Shown: positions 1-9,351, counted from the stretch's first letter. The stretch: 39,302 bases of DNA from Cyanophora paradoxa CCMP329 (GCA_004431415.1 QPMI01000073.1:1-39302), one strand, 5' to 3'. Notes: generated from the letters alone by a model not told the origin. Made by a program: numbers and translations.

Positions 1-1313
1 GGTGTGTGCGAAATCTGTGATTTCTGCCTTTGTGTGGGTGTGTGATCTATTATTAAGATCAAGGAAGCTTCCCGAAAATGCAACAGGATGCAGATTTGCA
101 GCAGTAGGTTTATTAATGAGATCATTATAATCTCCTGTAAATGAAATGGTTTTCAGTTCACCCCTTCCTACATAATCAGAAGGTAGATCAATCTTGATGG
201 GCATGATAGCTGGATCATCTGGAATCTCATACTCACCTCCTGGGTGAACCACAGGGAAGGTTTGATTGCTTTCAGTGTGGACAAAGAAATTGCATGCTGT
301 TACTGTTCCATCAATAATCCCACCTGTGAGAGGGAGGTAATTTCCTGTGACTCCTATACCTGCAATGATTGTATTAAGTTCTGTTTCATCTATGTAGTTT
401 TGGGCTTGCAGGTAATCCTCTGTGACCACTCTTGATATGGTCTCATTGTGAATATTCTTTGCTGCTGCCCTTTGATTAATTTCTAAAACTCCCTCACCCA
501 CTCCACCATTATAATTCGTTTTTATCCATGCCATCTCACATCTCTTATAGTCATCTCGATTTCCTATGAGAGCATCAGGTAACAGTCTCTCCCTGCTGAA
601 TATTAATTTTGGTCTTGAACCATCCAAATCACTCACATCAGTAACATTAATTTGGATTGCTGCATCTTTGTCATCATAGTTGACTGGATCAGATGGAGTG
701 GTGGTAATCCTGATGTCATTGGGATGTCATCAGCATAGTAACTTGTCAAATAAATACCTGGTTTGGTGTCCAATGCTCCAAAGTTTCCACCTGCTGCAAT
801 CATCTGCATTCTTGTAGGGGTCTGATGTATAATTCACCCTCCATAGTAGTCCCTGCATCAATGCCTTTTCGATTTACATAATAGTCATTGAGTTGCAGCC
901 TTTCAGGTATGGCATTGCTCTGGTAAAGACTCACACCATGTGAGAAATCTGTTAACAGATTGCCTGCAGATGCAAATTTGGGTTGCTGGTCAATTTCACC
1001 CCAAGGGTGTCTGTGATTACAGTTGGTGATCTGGGTATAATCATGAGTGTGAGTATCAGGAGGGAAGGTGATAGGTTTGTCCACAATATTTGACCAGGCA
1101 TGTGTGTGATCATCTGGGGGAAAAGTCAATGGTTTGTCCACAATATTTGACCAGGCATGTGTGTGATCAAAGTCTATAATTTGGTCTTTGGTGTGAGTAT
1201 GGCTTCTGATCCACCCATCCACAACATTTGAAGTTGGATGATGTGGAAGGTTTGCATTAGATGTAACTGTAAGATAATCGACAGTGATATTGCTTGCATA
1301 AAGGTTACTTGTG
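1..1313 (-). mobile_element. Outer (target) copy of the same element, left flank; reverse complement of ~21484..22798 (fibre gene downstream of the insertion point)
   Basis: Matches the reverse complement of the inner fibre gene except for homopolymer indels; ORF 800..1222 repeats part of the 932-aa ORF. Confidence 0.95.
1308..1313 (+). repeat. Left target-site duplication CTTGTG
   Basis: AAGGTTA-CTTGTG|ACACATAG. The uninterrupted target is CACAAG at 21484..21489 in the inner copy. Confidence 0.93.
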
Positions 1314-1596
1314 ACACATAGTAAAATGCGGAGTTTTAACCCTCGGCTTATCTTAATTGATTTTGTTGATATATCTCGTATATTCTATTTCAATCAATCG
1401 ATAATCTGTGTATATCTTATCGAATATTCAATTATTTCGATTATTTTGTATTCTTTTCGATATTTTATCGTAAATTTCTCTTATTTTCCGATTAGTCTTA
1501 CTGAGTCTATCGATAATCTCTATATATTTCCGAATAATATAACTGAATCTCAATTAGATCTTGCCTCTGGTTAAAACTCCGCATTTTACTATGTGT
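1314..1596. repeat. 283-bp terminal cassette bounded by 28-bp perfect inverted repeats (mirror at 29485..29767)
   Basis: ACACATAGTAAAATGCGGAGTTTTAACC at 1314..1341 and GGTTAAAACTCCGCATTTTACTATGTGT at 1569..1596. Confidence 0.92.
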
Positions 1597-1850
1597 GATT
1601 GGTCTAAAAGTTAATTGATTTAATCGATATTATATTCATGTACTTTCTCGATTAAATTTATTTAAATTTAATTCATTTAATCGGAAACATATCGCTTAAC
1701 TCGATTAAGATCCATAAAAGATTCATTTGTTTAATAAAACAAAATAGATCTCTTATTGAATCCAATCGTAATTATACATGAAATTGATATGTTATTATCA
1801 TGTTTTAATGAGTCTAAGGGGGGACCCTTAGGAATTTAATGAATAATTGG

Positions 1851-2148
1851 GTGTCACAGGTGTCACAGGTCCATCCCAAACTTTTGAAAATTCACTCTTT
1901 ATAGGAGAAACTTTGGGATAAACCTGTGACACCTGTGACACATACCATATTCAGTAAGGACCTCTTTTATAATGAAAACTCAGTCATAATCTTATCTATG
2001 TATTTCTAATTAAATGAATAAATGATTTAATCGAGTGTCACAGGTGTCACAGGTCCATCCCAAACTTTTGGAAATTTACTCTTTATAGGAGAAACTTTGG
2101 GATAAACCTGTGACACCTGTGACACATACCATATTCAGTAAGGACCTC
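1851..2148. repeat. Two 114-bp direct repeats (1851..1964, 2035..2148), each a hairpin with (TGTCACAGG)x2...(CCTGTGACA)x2 arms; mirrored at 28932..29045 and 29117..29230
   Basis: GTGTCACAGGTGTCACAGGTCCATCCCAAA...TTTGGGATAAACCTGTGACACCTGTGACAC read directly. Confidence 0.92.
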
Positions 2149-2916
2149 ATATATTGTTAAAATCTCAGTGTTAGTTGGTGTAGTTGATTCAAAAAATGCA
2201 TTTATACTCTGATTCATTGTTATTTCCTGTGAAATTTGAGTCAACTCAACCCACTTAGTCAACCCTTGCATTGAATTCGTAACACAATCCATATACTATT
2301 ACTACTTTTACGATTTATATGAGTCAACCTTGAGTCCACTTAAATTATAATAGGGGGAATCAAGGGGAGATGCTTACTAAATGCAGTGTTAGATTGATGG
2401 TTTCACATATGTAATCACGATTATCGATGAAGTATACTCAGAGAGATTATTCGATATCATAAGTTGATTGAATTGATAATTATTTGATGTAGATCTTTAA
2501 CTATTTCGTTATAATCGAATTTAATCGAATTAGTTTTGAATTTTCAAAACTCGCTTTAATCGTAATATCGATCTATACACATCGAGATTCGTATATGTGA
2601 TTGCAAGTTATTGTTATGTATGATATATGTGATTATATTCGACCGTCAGTGCATCGATTTGATAACTTCCTAGTGATCTATATTAAAAACTCACGTTTAA
2701 TTGATTTTATTCGAATTTATATTCAAAATTCAAAATCGGTTTCATTGCGATTTGGAGTCACAGGTATCGAAAATCCTCAATGTGATAGTAGCGCTGTGAC
2801 CGCCTTGAAATGCTCGATTTTATGACGTTTTAAGCGCATCGATTTGAGCAGGTGGTGTGGAGATATCGTAGCAAACGTGAATATTGAGTTTCTAGACGGG
2901 TACAGCATTAATCTAG

Positions 2917-3043
2917 AAAAAACCGCGTTTTTTTTTTTACTTTTCAAGTTTCACGGCGAACGAAGTAAAGGTTCCCGGTCGGATTTGAACCTCGTAGTTC
3001 TGAGTCAGAAATCTAGCGCTTTATTCTCTGAGCCAAAAACGGC
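2917..3043 (-). ncRNA. Putative tRNA-derived RNA polymerase III transcription unit (degenerate cloverleaf)
   Basis: Minus strand: TGGCTCAGAGAA (A-box-like), then GGTTCAAATCC (B box) at tRNA-like spacing, then an A11 tract and a T6 run. Acceptor, anticodon and T stems pair poorly. Confidence 0.45.
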
Positions 3044-3268
3044 TTAAAATGTCATCGACTCCTGGGCTAGTGTTTCACCAAGTGTACTATGGCAAGTGAC
3101 TTTCGCATCTTCAAACGGTTATATCTCATCACCAGATCATCAAAACGCAACGTTCTGCATATCGCTGTGAAGCGCGTGATAAGATCTACAAGACTATGTG
3201 TATATCATATGCATATATGTATATCAGTCATACATATATTTGGAAAAAACGAGTTTTTGCCTAGCAAA

Positions 3269-4654
3269 CTAGCTAGTTTTGGTCCTTTCTCTTAGTGTTC
3301 TCTGAGGTTTAGGGGCTGTATATGACTCCTTAGTAGTCTGAAAGTCATTATACCATCTCTGGCTATTCACTTCTGAAAGTTTCTGTGTCCCTGCTATAGT
3401 GAGCTTTTTGAGTTCCCTGTTAACTTTCCCAGTCTTCTCCTTTCTAGCCTCTATCAAAGGCTTATCTGGGACTTCATTAGAAGCTTCTATGCCCTCTCTT
3501 CTTATAGCAGCATCAACCCTAGCTTCTTCTTTAGCTTGCTCCAAGGCATCCACTGTAGGTGTTTCCAGATACTCAACTGCATTCACAGGCAACAGCTCAT
3601 GGAAAGCAAACCTGTTATCTATGATCTCTCCAGTGGGACTCCTTAGCTTAAACTTAAAGCCTTCCCTACTATCAACAGTGTAAACCATCCTAGACCAATT
3701 GTTACCCTGTTTAGCAAAGGGATTTTTCTCAACTTTCACTCTAACAAACATGCCAGGCTGCATGGTATCAAGATAAGCTATTGATTTCTTGAATCTTTCA
3801 TCTTCTAATCCCACTATATACCTGTAATGCTCCTCTGTAGTTTCGCCTGGCTTCATCTTAGTAGCTGAGTGAACTGTATTATTGTAATTATACTCAATAT
3901 CACCTAACACATCAAAGAATCTAGCTGTATTATTGGCTATGCAGTAGTTTGTGATCAGTCTCTTAATCTGCTTGTTAAAGGCTTCAATTCGACCTTGGCT
4001 TCTATGGTCTGCAGTTCCACTCACTTGGTGTTCTATGTATTTACTAGATAAATACTCCTGGAATATTCGATTTTGGAATTCACTCCCAGCATCTGATTGA
4101 ACTTTTACTATGGGTCTTGCCACTCTCATTTCAAGCTGCTTAAATGCAGCCAATGTAGTGAGAGCTGATTTATCTCTTATAGGTATAATATACCCAGTTC
4201 TTAGTGTTGATTCCATTGCAGTCATAAAGGTATCATAGCCATTGTTTTGTTTCTTATAAGCTGGGAAAAAGAGCAAATCAATCACATAGGTATCAAGTGG
4301 TTGCCTAATTGGGACCATGGGATCTCTCTTTCTAGATATAGCAGGTGCATTGATCTGAACAACTTCTTGTTTTTTATAGAACTCTTGCAATTGCTTATAG
4401 GATTCATCTGGTAACTCAGCCCTCATAGCTTGAAGCCCTTTGTAACCAGTTCTCACATCATAGAATCTCTTTGCAATCTTGCTGGTTTCTTTCACTGCAA
4501 TGGCAACTGGGATCTCTACTGGGACAAGCTCTTTCATCTCTGACTTTTTAACAATTCGAGATTCCCCCTTTTCTTCCTTTGGAACTGTGATGGGCAGTAG
4601 GTTACCTTGCAGTTGCTCAGTGGTTCTCCTAACTATTCTTCCAGTTGCTGGCAT
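3269..4654 (-). CDS. int: Retroviral-type (rve) DDE integrase, Polinton family
   Basis: YVIDL ... VQSDAGSEF ... QGRIEAFNKQIK catalytic triad; YNNTVHSATKMKP; SH3-like region with NWS motif. Confidence 0.93.
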   Translation of the reverse strand: MPATGRIVRRTTEQLQGNLLPITVPKEEKGESRIVKKSEMKELVPVEIPVAIAVKETSKIAKRFYDVRTGYKGLQAMRAELPDESYKQLQEFYKKQEVVQINAPAISRKRDPMVPIRQPLDTYVIDLLFFPAYKKQNNGYDTFMTAMESTLRTGYIIPIRDKSALTTLAAFKQLEMRVARPIVKVQSDAGSEFQNRIFQEYLSSKYIEHQVSGTADHRSQGRIEAFNKQIKRLITNYCIANNTARFFDVLGDIEYNYNNTVHSATKMKPGETTEEHYRYIVGLEDERFKKSIAYLDTMQPGMFVRVKVEKNPFAKQGNNWSRMVYTVDSREGFKFKLRSPTGEIIDNRFAFHELLPVNAVEYLETPTVDALEQAKEEARVDAAIRREGIEASNEVPDKPLIEARKEKTGKVNRELKKLTIAGTQKLSEVNSQRWYNDFQTTKESYTAPKPQRTLRERTKTS

Positions 4655-4657
4655 CTC

Positions 4658-7600
4658 TTAATTAAAAGGAACAGAATTAATACCATCTGGTAAGATGTAT
4701 CTCTTTGCATCAAAGCAATTTAGGGCAACCCTTCTACTCACAGTATCTATTATTGTGTGATCTGCCCTTCTCTTCTGCTTTGCAGTCACAGTCTTGCTGA
4801 TACCTGCAAATAAACACTGCTTAAAATCATTAAATTGGAGTTCCTCAGTGGAAGTCCCAGAGAGCTTACTTCTCTCAATCTCAGCAGTTCTGAAACTGTA
4901 AACCTTGGCTCTCAGACCCACATACTCCAATATAGCAGAACCTGGCATCTCATTTTTGTATTTACCTGGGGTCATTCTGGAATCACCTCCAAGGTCTAAT
5001 GCATAGGATATATTCTCTATATCTTTTTGTAAGGTCTTAGATTCAATATATAGACAGAAGGAGTCAGTATCATGGAACAGTAATTTGGCTTTGGACCATT
5101 GGGACCTTATAGTATCATAGAAGAACTGGTAATTATGCAGTTTGGCTGCATCCAAAACATAAGCCCCAATTGCAACAGGCTTATCTAGTTTCACATGCTT
5201 TGTGTAAAACTCAAAGGCAACTGCTTTTTCGTTTATGGGGCTTGTTGATTTCACCAATGGGGAGGCTGCATATTTCATAAATAGTTTCTCACTGTTTGCA
5301 ATCTTAACCACAGATCTACCTCTGCAAGATTCAATGCATTTCCCATAGATTGAATTATTCATGAGCTTGTAGAAATCAGCCTCGAATTTATTCACTGCTT
5401 TCCTTCTCATGTCAGTATTCAGCTCAATATAGGGTTTCATTACAGGAGCCACAGTAAATGATAGGACCCTGTGAACTTTCTTTAATTTCACCCCTTTGTC
5501 CAACAGATATTGCAGAAGAGGCTCAGAAATCACATAGTTTGTCACAGAACCAAAGGTTGCAGTTAGCTTAGGGGTCTTATCAAGCTCTTCTCCTGAAAGA
5601 TCTAATAGGCTCTTTTGATATTGTGATAATTCGGCATAATCTATTATTTTCTTGTTAATAATTAGGGGGAAATCACTGTGATCTAGAAACAGCCTAATTG
5701 GGTAATCCAGATCAACTTCTAGGAAACTGGATCTGTTATCTTGTGGGTTGAATTCGGTCTCCCATCTAAAATCACCAACTGGAATTGGCTGACTCAAACA
5801 GTAGCCATACAAGTTGTTAGCATCAAACAGCATAATGTGGGAGTTTTCACCATCAGCCTCAGCATACCTACAAGGCATTGTTGCAAAGCCACCCCTGATT
5901 CCCCTCTCAACAAATTCGTATTGCTCTACATCACTTATAAGCTCTATTTTTGCCTTGGTGGTCCTTAACATAGCATCCCAAGATAACCCAGGGGCAGATA
6001 CATAATGAACTGGGTCAAGTCCATATACTGAGTGTGAAAGCCTTCTAAAAGCCTGGAATTTGTTCATTAACTCATCTACATCAGCAGCTCCAAAATCCAT
6101 GAAATTGCTTGCATCAATGAACTTGTAAAGACCCCATTGCAATGACAGGTATTGATCAAAGTTTTTCGAAAGGATTTCGATTCGCTTTTTATCACCCATG
6201 CCTGCTATTTTTCTGAAAATGAATGTCCCACAGTCATCCATTTGGTCAACAACCACTGCAACTTTGGTTTGCTTTGAGATTCTCCTATGGAGATTGCAGT
6301 TTCTGCATGCAGGTGCAATGTAATGACCTGTGTGGTGATCATGATCTCTGCATTTGAAGTTCTCCTTAGTGAACCTCTCACTGCAAAGGTAACAGTGTTT
6401 GGTAGCTCTGTAAATTGCTTTCTGCTCATCTGTGAGTTCATTCATAGGAATATTGGTGAACAGGAAATCGATCAGCTCTCTTGCTTTGATTTCCAAGCAT
6501 TCAAACAGACCTCCCATTGGATCCTGACCCTCAAATCGAAAATCTTGAACATCTTCCCCAGTGACTACTCTAAGGTTCACTGCTGAGACTTCCCGCTTGG
6601 ATTTCGATGCATCAATGGGGATGCTTCTATGTTCAATCTTGCAGTAAACCACAACAGGAAGCCACACAGTTTTCCTGAGGTTTTTCAGTCCAAACTCTAT
6701 GGTGGTCTCAGGTTTAGGGGTGATTCCCTTTGAGAGTCTCCAATCAATGCATCTGTTTGAGTCCACATGAGCAGTGAGTTTAGCCTCAGACCTGAATCGA
6801 GATAAGCATGTATCACAGTAGTGTAACTTTTGATCCTTGGTTTTATCAAGGGCAACTCTGAGAAGTCTTGAAAGGGACATGATTGTAATATAGTGACCAT
6901 TCCCTTCATCATCATGAATGAGCATGAGATTAATCTTTTGCTTTCTGCCTGGGTTGCTGGATTGATGCAGTGGATATATAACATCTCCATCCATTCCAAA
7001 GATGTTTATGCTAATGCCTGCATTTTGAGCTTCGAATTTATCAATGATTTCAGCATCACAAGGAACAGGGAATGGGATATTGTCGAAATTGAGAGCCAAA
7101 GGATTGTATGTGGTTGGTGAGTATTTCCATTTGCGATATTGTGTAAGCTCACTTCTCTTGTGGGAATTTACATCTTTCCTATGGATCCATGCCAAAATGG
7201 CATTTTCGAAGCAAGAATCATCAATATTTCGAATATTCACTGTGGCTTTCTTAGCTGCAATTGATTCTGGTGTTTTAACATAGCAGCCACCAGTTGGGGC
7301 ATAACTCATAATAGCAACTCTTAGCATTTCGATTCTCTCCAATCGATAGCTATCAACCACATTCATCTGCTCCTGACACATTTGGGCTGCTTTATTCAGC
7401 TCAGTTCGAATATTTCTCGATTTAGTTAATACAAAATAATCGCTGTAAATGTATTTCGATATCCAAACCTGTGGATTGCTGACTTTAACGAACTTGCAGA
7501 TAAACGACAAGCGAACTTTGATTGCCCTGAATTGATCCAGACTATCCCTTAAACGTTTTGGTAGAGAGGTTGCAATTCTATCTAAATATTCAATCACATC

Positions 7601-7903
7601 TACCACAACTTCCCTTCTGGCTCTGTATGTGAGCCAGCGATATAATTCATTCATGGCTGTGCCATCTTCTGCCTCTGGTTCTATTTGCCTCAGGCGATCC
7701 AGTTCATCAAGAGTCTCAACTTTATCATAGAGGTTATTGGCTTTTCTGGTTAATTTGGACAAAGTGGGTCTCCCCCTTGAAATAAATCCGATTTCCCGGT
7801 CATATTCAGCCTCTGTAATTTCATGGGCTGCATACAGTGTTCCCAGTAATCCCATGAGTTCCCATTTCTTTTCTCTAATAAGTCTGTTGCTAATTCGGGG
7901 CAT
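4658..7903 (-). CDS. polB: Protein-primed family B DNA polymerase (TP-like region, vOTU, C2H2 finger, degenerate exonuclease with endonuclease VII insert, polymerase)
   Basis: DANNLYG, KLMNNSIYGK, FHDTDS, GLRAKVYS polymerase motifs; DDSCF...GHY; CDTC..H; CYLC...RDHDH...CRNCN. ATG at 7903 preferred over the non-ATG start at 7960. Confidence 0.93.
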   Translation of the reverse strand: MPRISNRLIREKKWELMGLLGTLYAAHEITEAEYDREIGFISRGRPTLSKLTRKANNLYDKVETLDELDRLRQIEPEAEDGTAMNELYRWLTYRARREVVVDVIEYLDRIATSLPKRLRDSLDQFRAIKVRLSFICKFVKVSNPQVWISKYIYSDYFVLTKSRNIRTELNKAAQMCQEQMNVVDSYRLERIEMLRVAIMSYAPTGGCYVKTPESIAAKKATVNIRNIDDSCFENAILAWIHRKDVNSHKRSELTQYRKWKYSPTTYNPLALNFDNIPFPVPCDAEIIDKFEAQNAGISINIFGMDGDVIYPLHQSSNPGRKQKINLMLIHDDEGNGHYITIMSLSRLLRVALDKTKDQKLHYCDTCLSRFRSEAKLTAHVDSNRCIDWRLSKGITPKPETTIEFGLKNLRKTVWLPVVVYCKIEHRSIPIDASKSKREVSAVNLRVVTGEDVQDFRFEGQDPMGGLFECLEIKARELIDFLFTNIPMNELTDEQKAIYRATKHCYLCSERFTKENFKCRDHDHHTGHYIAPACRNCNLHRRISKQTKVAVVVDQMDDCGTFIFRKIAGMGDKKRIEILSKNFDQYLSLQWGLYKFIDASNFMDFGAADVDELMNKFQAFRRLSHSVYGLDPVHYVSAPGLSWDAMLRTTKAKIELISDVEQYEFVERGIRGGFATMPCRYAEADGENSHIMLFDANNLYGYCLSQPIPVGDFRWETEFNPQDNRSSFLEVDLDYPIRLFLDHSDFPLIINKKIIDYAELSQYQKSLLDLSGEELDKTPKLTATFGSVTNYVISEPLLQYLLDKGVKLKKVHRVLSFTVAPVMKPYIELNTDMRRKAVNKFEADFYKLMNNSIYGKCIESCRGRSVVKIANSEKLFMKYAASPLVKSTSPINEKAVAFEFYTKHVKLDKPVAIGAYVLDAAKLHNYQFFYDTIRSQWSKAKLLFHDTDSFCLYIESKTLQKDIENISYALDLGGDSRMTPGKYKNEMPGSAILEYVGLRAKVYSFRTAEIERSKLSGTSTEELQFNDFKQCLFAGISKTVTAKQKRRADHTIIDTVSRRVALNCFDAKRYILPDGINSVPFN

Positions 7904-7958
7904 TGTTCCTAACTTGTTCCTAATAAAAGGAGAGGTTTTAAATGGGGATATTCCGAAC

Positions 7959-8013
7959 ACAAAATTTGATGAAAACTACTTAAAGAAATATCTTCTATAT
8001 ATATAAAAGGACA
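7959..8013 (+). promoter_or_regulatory. Repeated upstream motif (putative early promoter), copy 1
   Basis: ACAAAATTTGAT..AAAACTACTTAAAGAAATATCTTCTATATATATAAAAGG directly before the ATG at 8014. Confidence 0.65.
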
Positions 8014-8829
8014 ATGGCAGAGAAGAAATCGTATTGCCTGGAAAAGCTCAAAGCGGCTTTAATGTTGCTTTGTGGATCTGATAACTTCAATGATTATGTT
8101 GCTCTTGGAAGTAACAGGAAACCGCTCCCTCTTTGGGCAAAGCTTGCAAAATATGGATTAAGTGACTATGACCTGCCTCCAGAGTCTGAGCATTGCGCCT
8201 GTGATCATCCAATTAAAGAGCAATGCTATATTCTGCATGTTAATAAAAAGATTGTGGTCATTGTTGGGAATTGCTGCATTTTACGATTTATTCCAAAGGG
8301 TGCCAGAGGTCAAGATATATGTGAAAGATGTGGAGATCGGCATAAAAACCGAAAGGATAATTTCTGTAATAAGTGCAGAATCGCTTTAAAGCAAGAAGAA
8401 CTGGAAAGAAAAAGAGAACTTGAAAAACAAGAGGAAGCTCGAAAGAGGCAGCTTGAATTAGAAGAAAGAGAGCGAAGACAGAGAGAATTAGAACAAGAAA
8501 GAGCAAGGAATAAACATGCAGTTAATCTTTTCCTGATTTGGTGCAACCAATTTATTCCGAAAATGGATAATCTTCGCAGAGATGATATAGAGAGGTTCAG
8601 AGAGGGCAGATCTGCATTGATTGAAATGTATGCAGAACTCAGTACAACAAATACATTGGTTGCTGGGTTTCAGGTGCCATATCTCAAAAAGGATATTGCA
8701 AAAGGACTAGATTGCAGATGGAATAAGGACAAGAAAACATGGGAGACCTTGGAAATCGAACCATTTGTAGCATTGCTAGGTAAGCATTTCAAACTAATGT
8801 ATATTGAGCGATTTGGACAAAGAGGTTAG
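8014..8829 (+). CDS. Cys-rich zinc-binding / coiled-coil protein with C-terminal DUF5710-like domain
   Basis: CACDH..GNCC, CERC..CNKC; E/K/R coiled coil; VPYLKKDIAKGLDCRWNKDKKTW resembles DUF5710. Confidence 0.65.
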   Translation: MAEKKSYCLEKLKAALMLLCGSDNFNDYVALGSNRKPLPLWAKLAKYGLSDYDLPPESEHCACDHPIKEQCYILHVNKKIVVIVGNCCILRFIPKGARGQDICERCGDRHKNRKDNFCNKCRIALKQEELERKRELEKQEEARKRQLELEERERRQRELEQERARNKHAVNLFLIWCNQFIPKMDNLRRDDIERFREGRSALIEMYAELSTTNTLVAGFQVPYLKKDIAKGLDCRWNKDKKTWETLEIEPFVALLGKHFKLMYIERFGQRG

Positions 8830-8832
8830 AGA

Positions 8833-8870
8833 ACAAAAAATGATTTAAAGAATTCTCTATATATATTAAG
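8833..8870 (+). promoter_or_regulatory. Repeated upstream motif, copy 2
   Basis: ACAAAAAATGATTTAAAGAATTCTCTATATATATTAAG before the ATG at 8886. Confidence 0.6.
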
Positions 8871-8885
8871 AGAGACAGAGGAAAA

Positions 8886-9140
8886 ATGCCACTCAGTGAA
8901 GCCCAGAAGAGAGCTATGAAGAGATATCAGCAAACTGAAAAAGGTAAGGCTCAAATCAAAAAGTTTAACGAAAAAATAGCCACACAGCTAAGAGATCTAT
9001 ATAACAATGATGATACTTATAGAGCCATGAAAATAGCCAGTTCATGTCAGCGAAAGTATGCAGCCAATGCAGTCTGCTTTGTCAAGTATTTGTATGATGT
9101 CCCTTACTCAAATCGAGGGAGAAAATCGAAACATGTCTAA
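8886..9140 (+). CDS. Small basic hypothetical protein (possibly DNA-binding)
   Basis: 84-aa ATG ORF preceded by the promoter motif; K/R-rich helical N-terminus SEAQKRAMKRYQ. Confidence 0.7.
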   Translation: MPLSEAQKRAMKRYQQTEKGKAQIKKFNEKIATQLRDLYNNDDTYRAMKIASSCQRKYAANAVCFVKYLYDVPYSNRGRKSKHV

Positions 9141-9273
9141 ATTATTTTTCCCAGCATATTACTAGGCTGGGATATGCTGTTTATTCGCTGAAATACTACT
9201 TTATCGTTTTTGTATCTGAACCACTCGATATATCATGTGGATAAATTTCGTAGGGATACTTTCTCGATTTCCA

Positions 9274-9335
9274 ACAAAAAATGATTGGGGGACCCAAAAC
9301 TACTTAAAGAAAAATCTTCTATATATATAAAAGGG
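9274..9335 (+). promoter_or_regulatory. Repeated upstream motif, copy 3
   Basis: ACAAAAAATGATT...AAAACTACTTAAAGAAAAATCTTCTATATATATAAAAGG; ~38 nt nearly identical to copy 1. Confidence 0.65.
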
Positions 9336-9351
9336 ACCCCGATCGCTGAAA

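Larger units (their letters stand above)
1314..2374 (+). repeat. Left terminal inverted repeat (~1061 bp)
   Basis: Reverse complement of 28706..29767; I saw two substitutions and one homopolymer indel. Identity ends after ...GGGGAGATGCT. Confidence 0.95.

Noticed and set aside
1851-2148. CRISPR-like array
   Set aside because: Only two 114-bp units, no unique spacer series and no cas genes.
2083-2292. 69-aa ORF in both TIRs (also 28788..28997)
   Set aside because: It runs into the iteron hairpin (CHRCHR is the translated repeat) and has no recognisable motif; duplication is explained by the TIR. Not excluded but unsupported.
2965-3043. Functional tRNA-Arg(TCT)
   Set aside because: Acceptor, anticodon and T stems do not pair; kept only as a tRNA-derived Pol III candidate.
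1311-3295. Short ORFs in the left TIR and adjacent island (1311..1574, 2601..2825, 2844..3047, 3089..3295)
   Set aside because: Mostly non-ATG starts, low-complexity AT-driven composition and no motifs.
9149-9179. Hairpin terminator after the 84-aa gene (TCCCAGC/GCTGGGA; CAGCATAT/ATATGCTG)
   Set aside because: Stems are only 7-8 bp and no comparable long hairpins follow most other genes, so a general hairpin rule is not supported.
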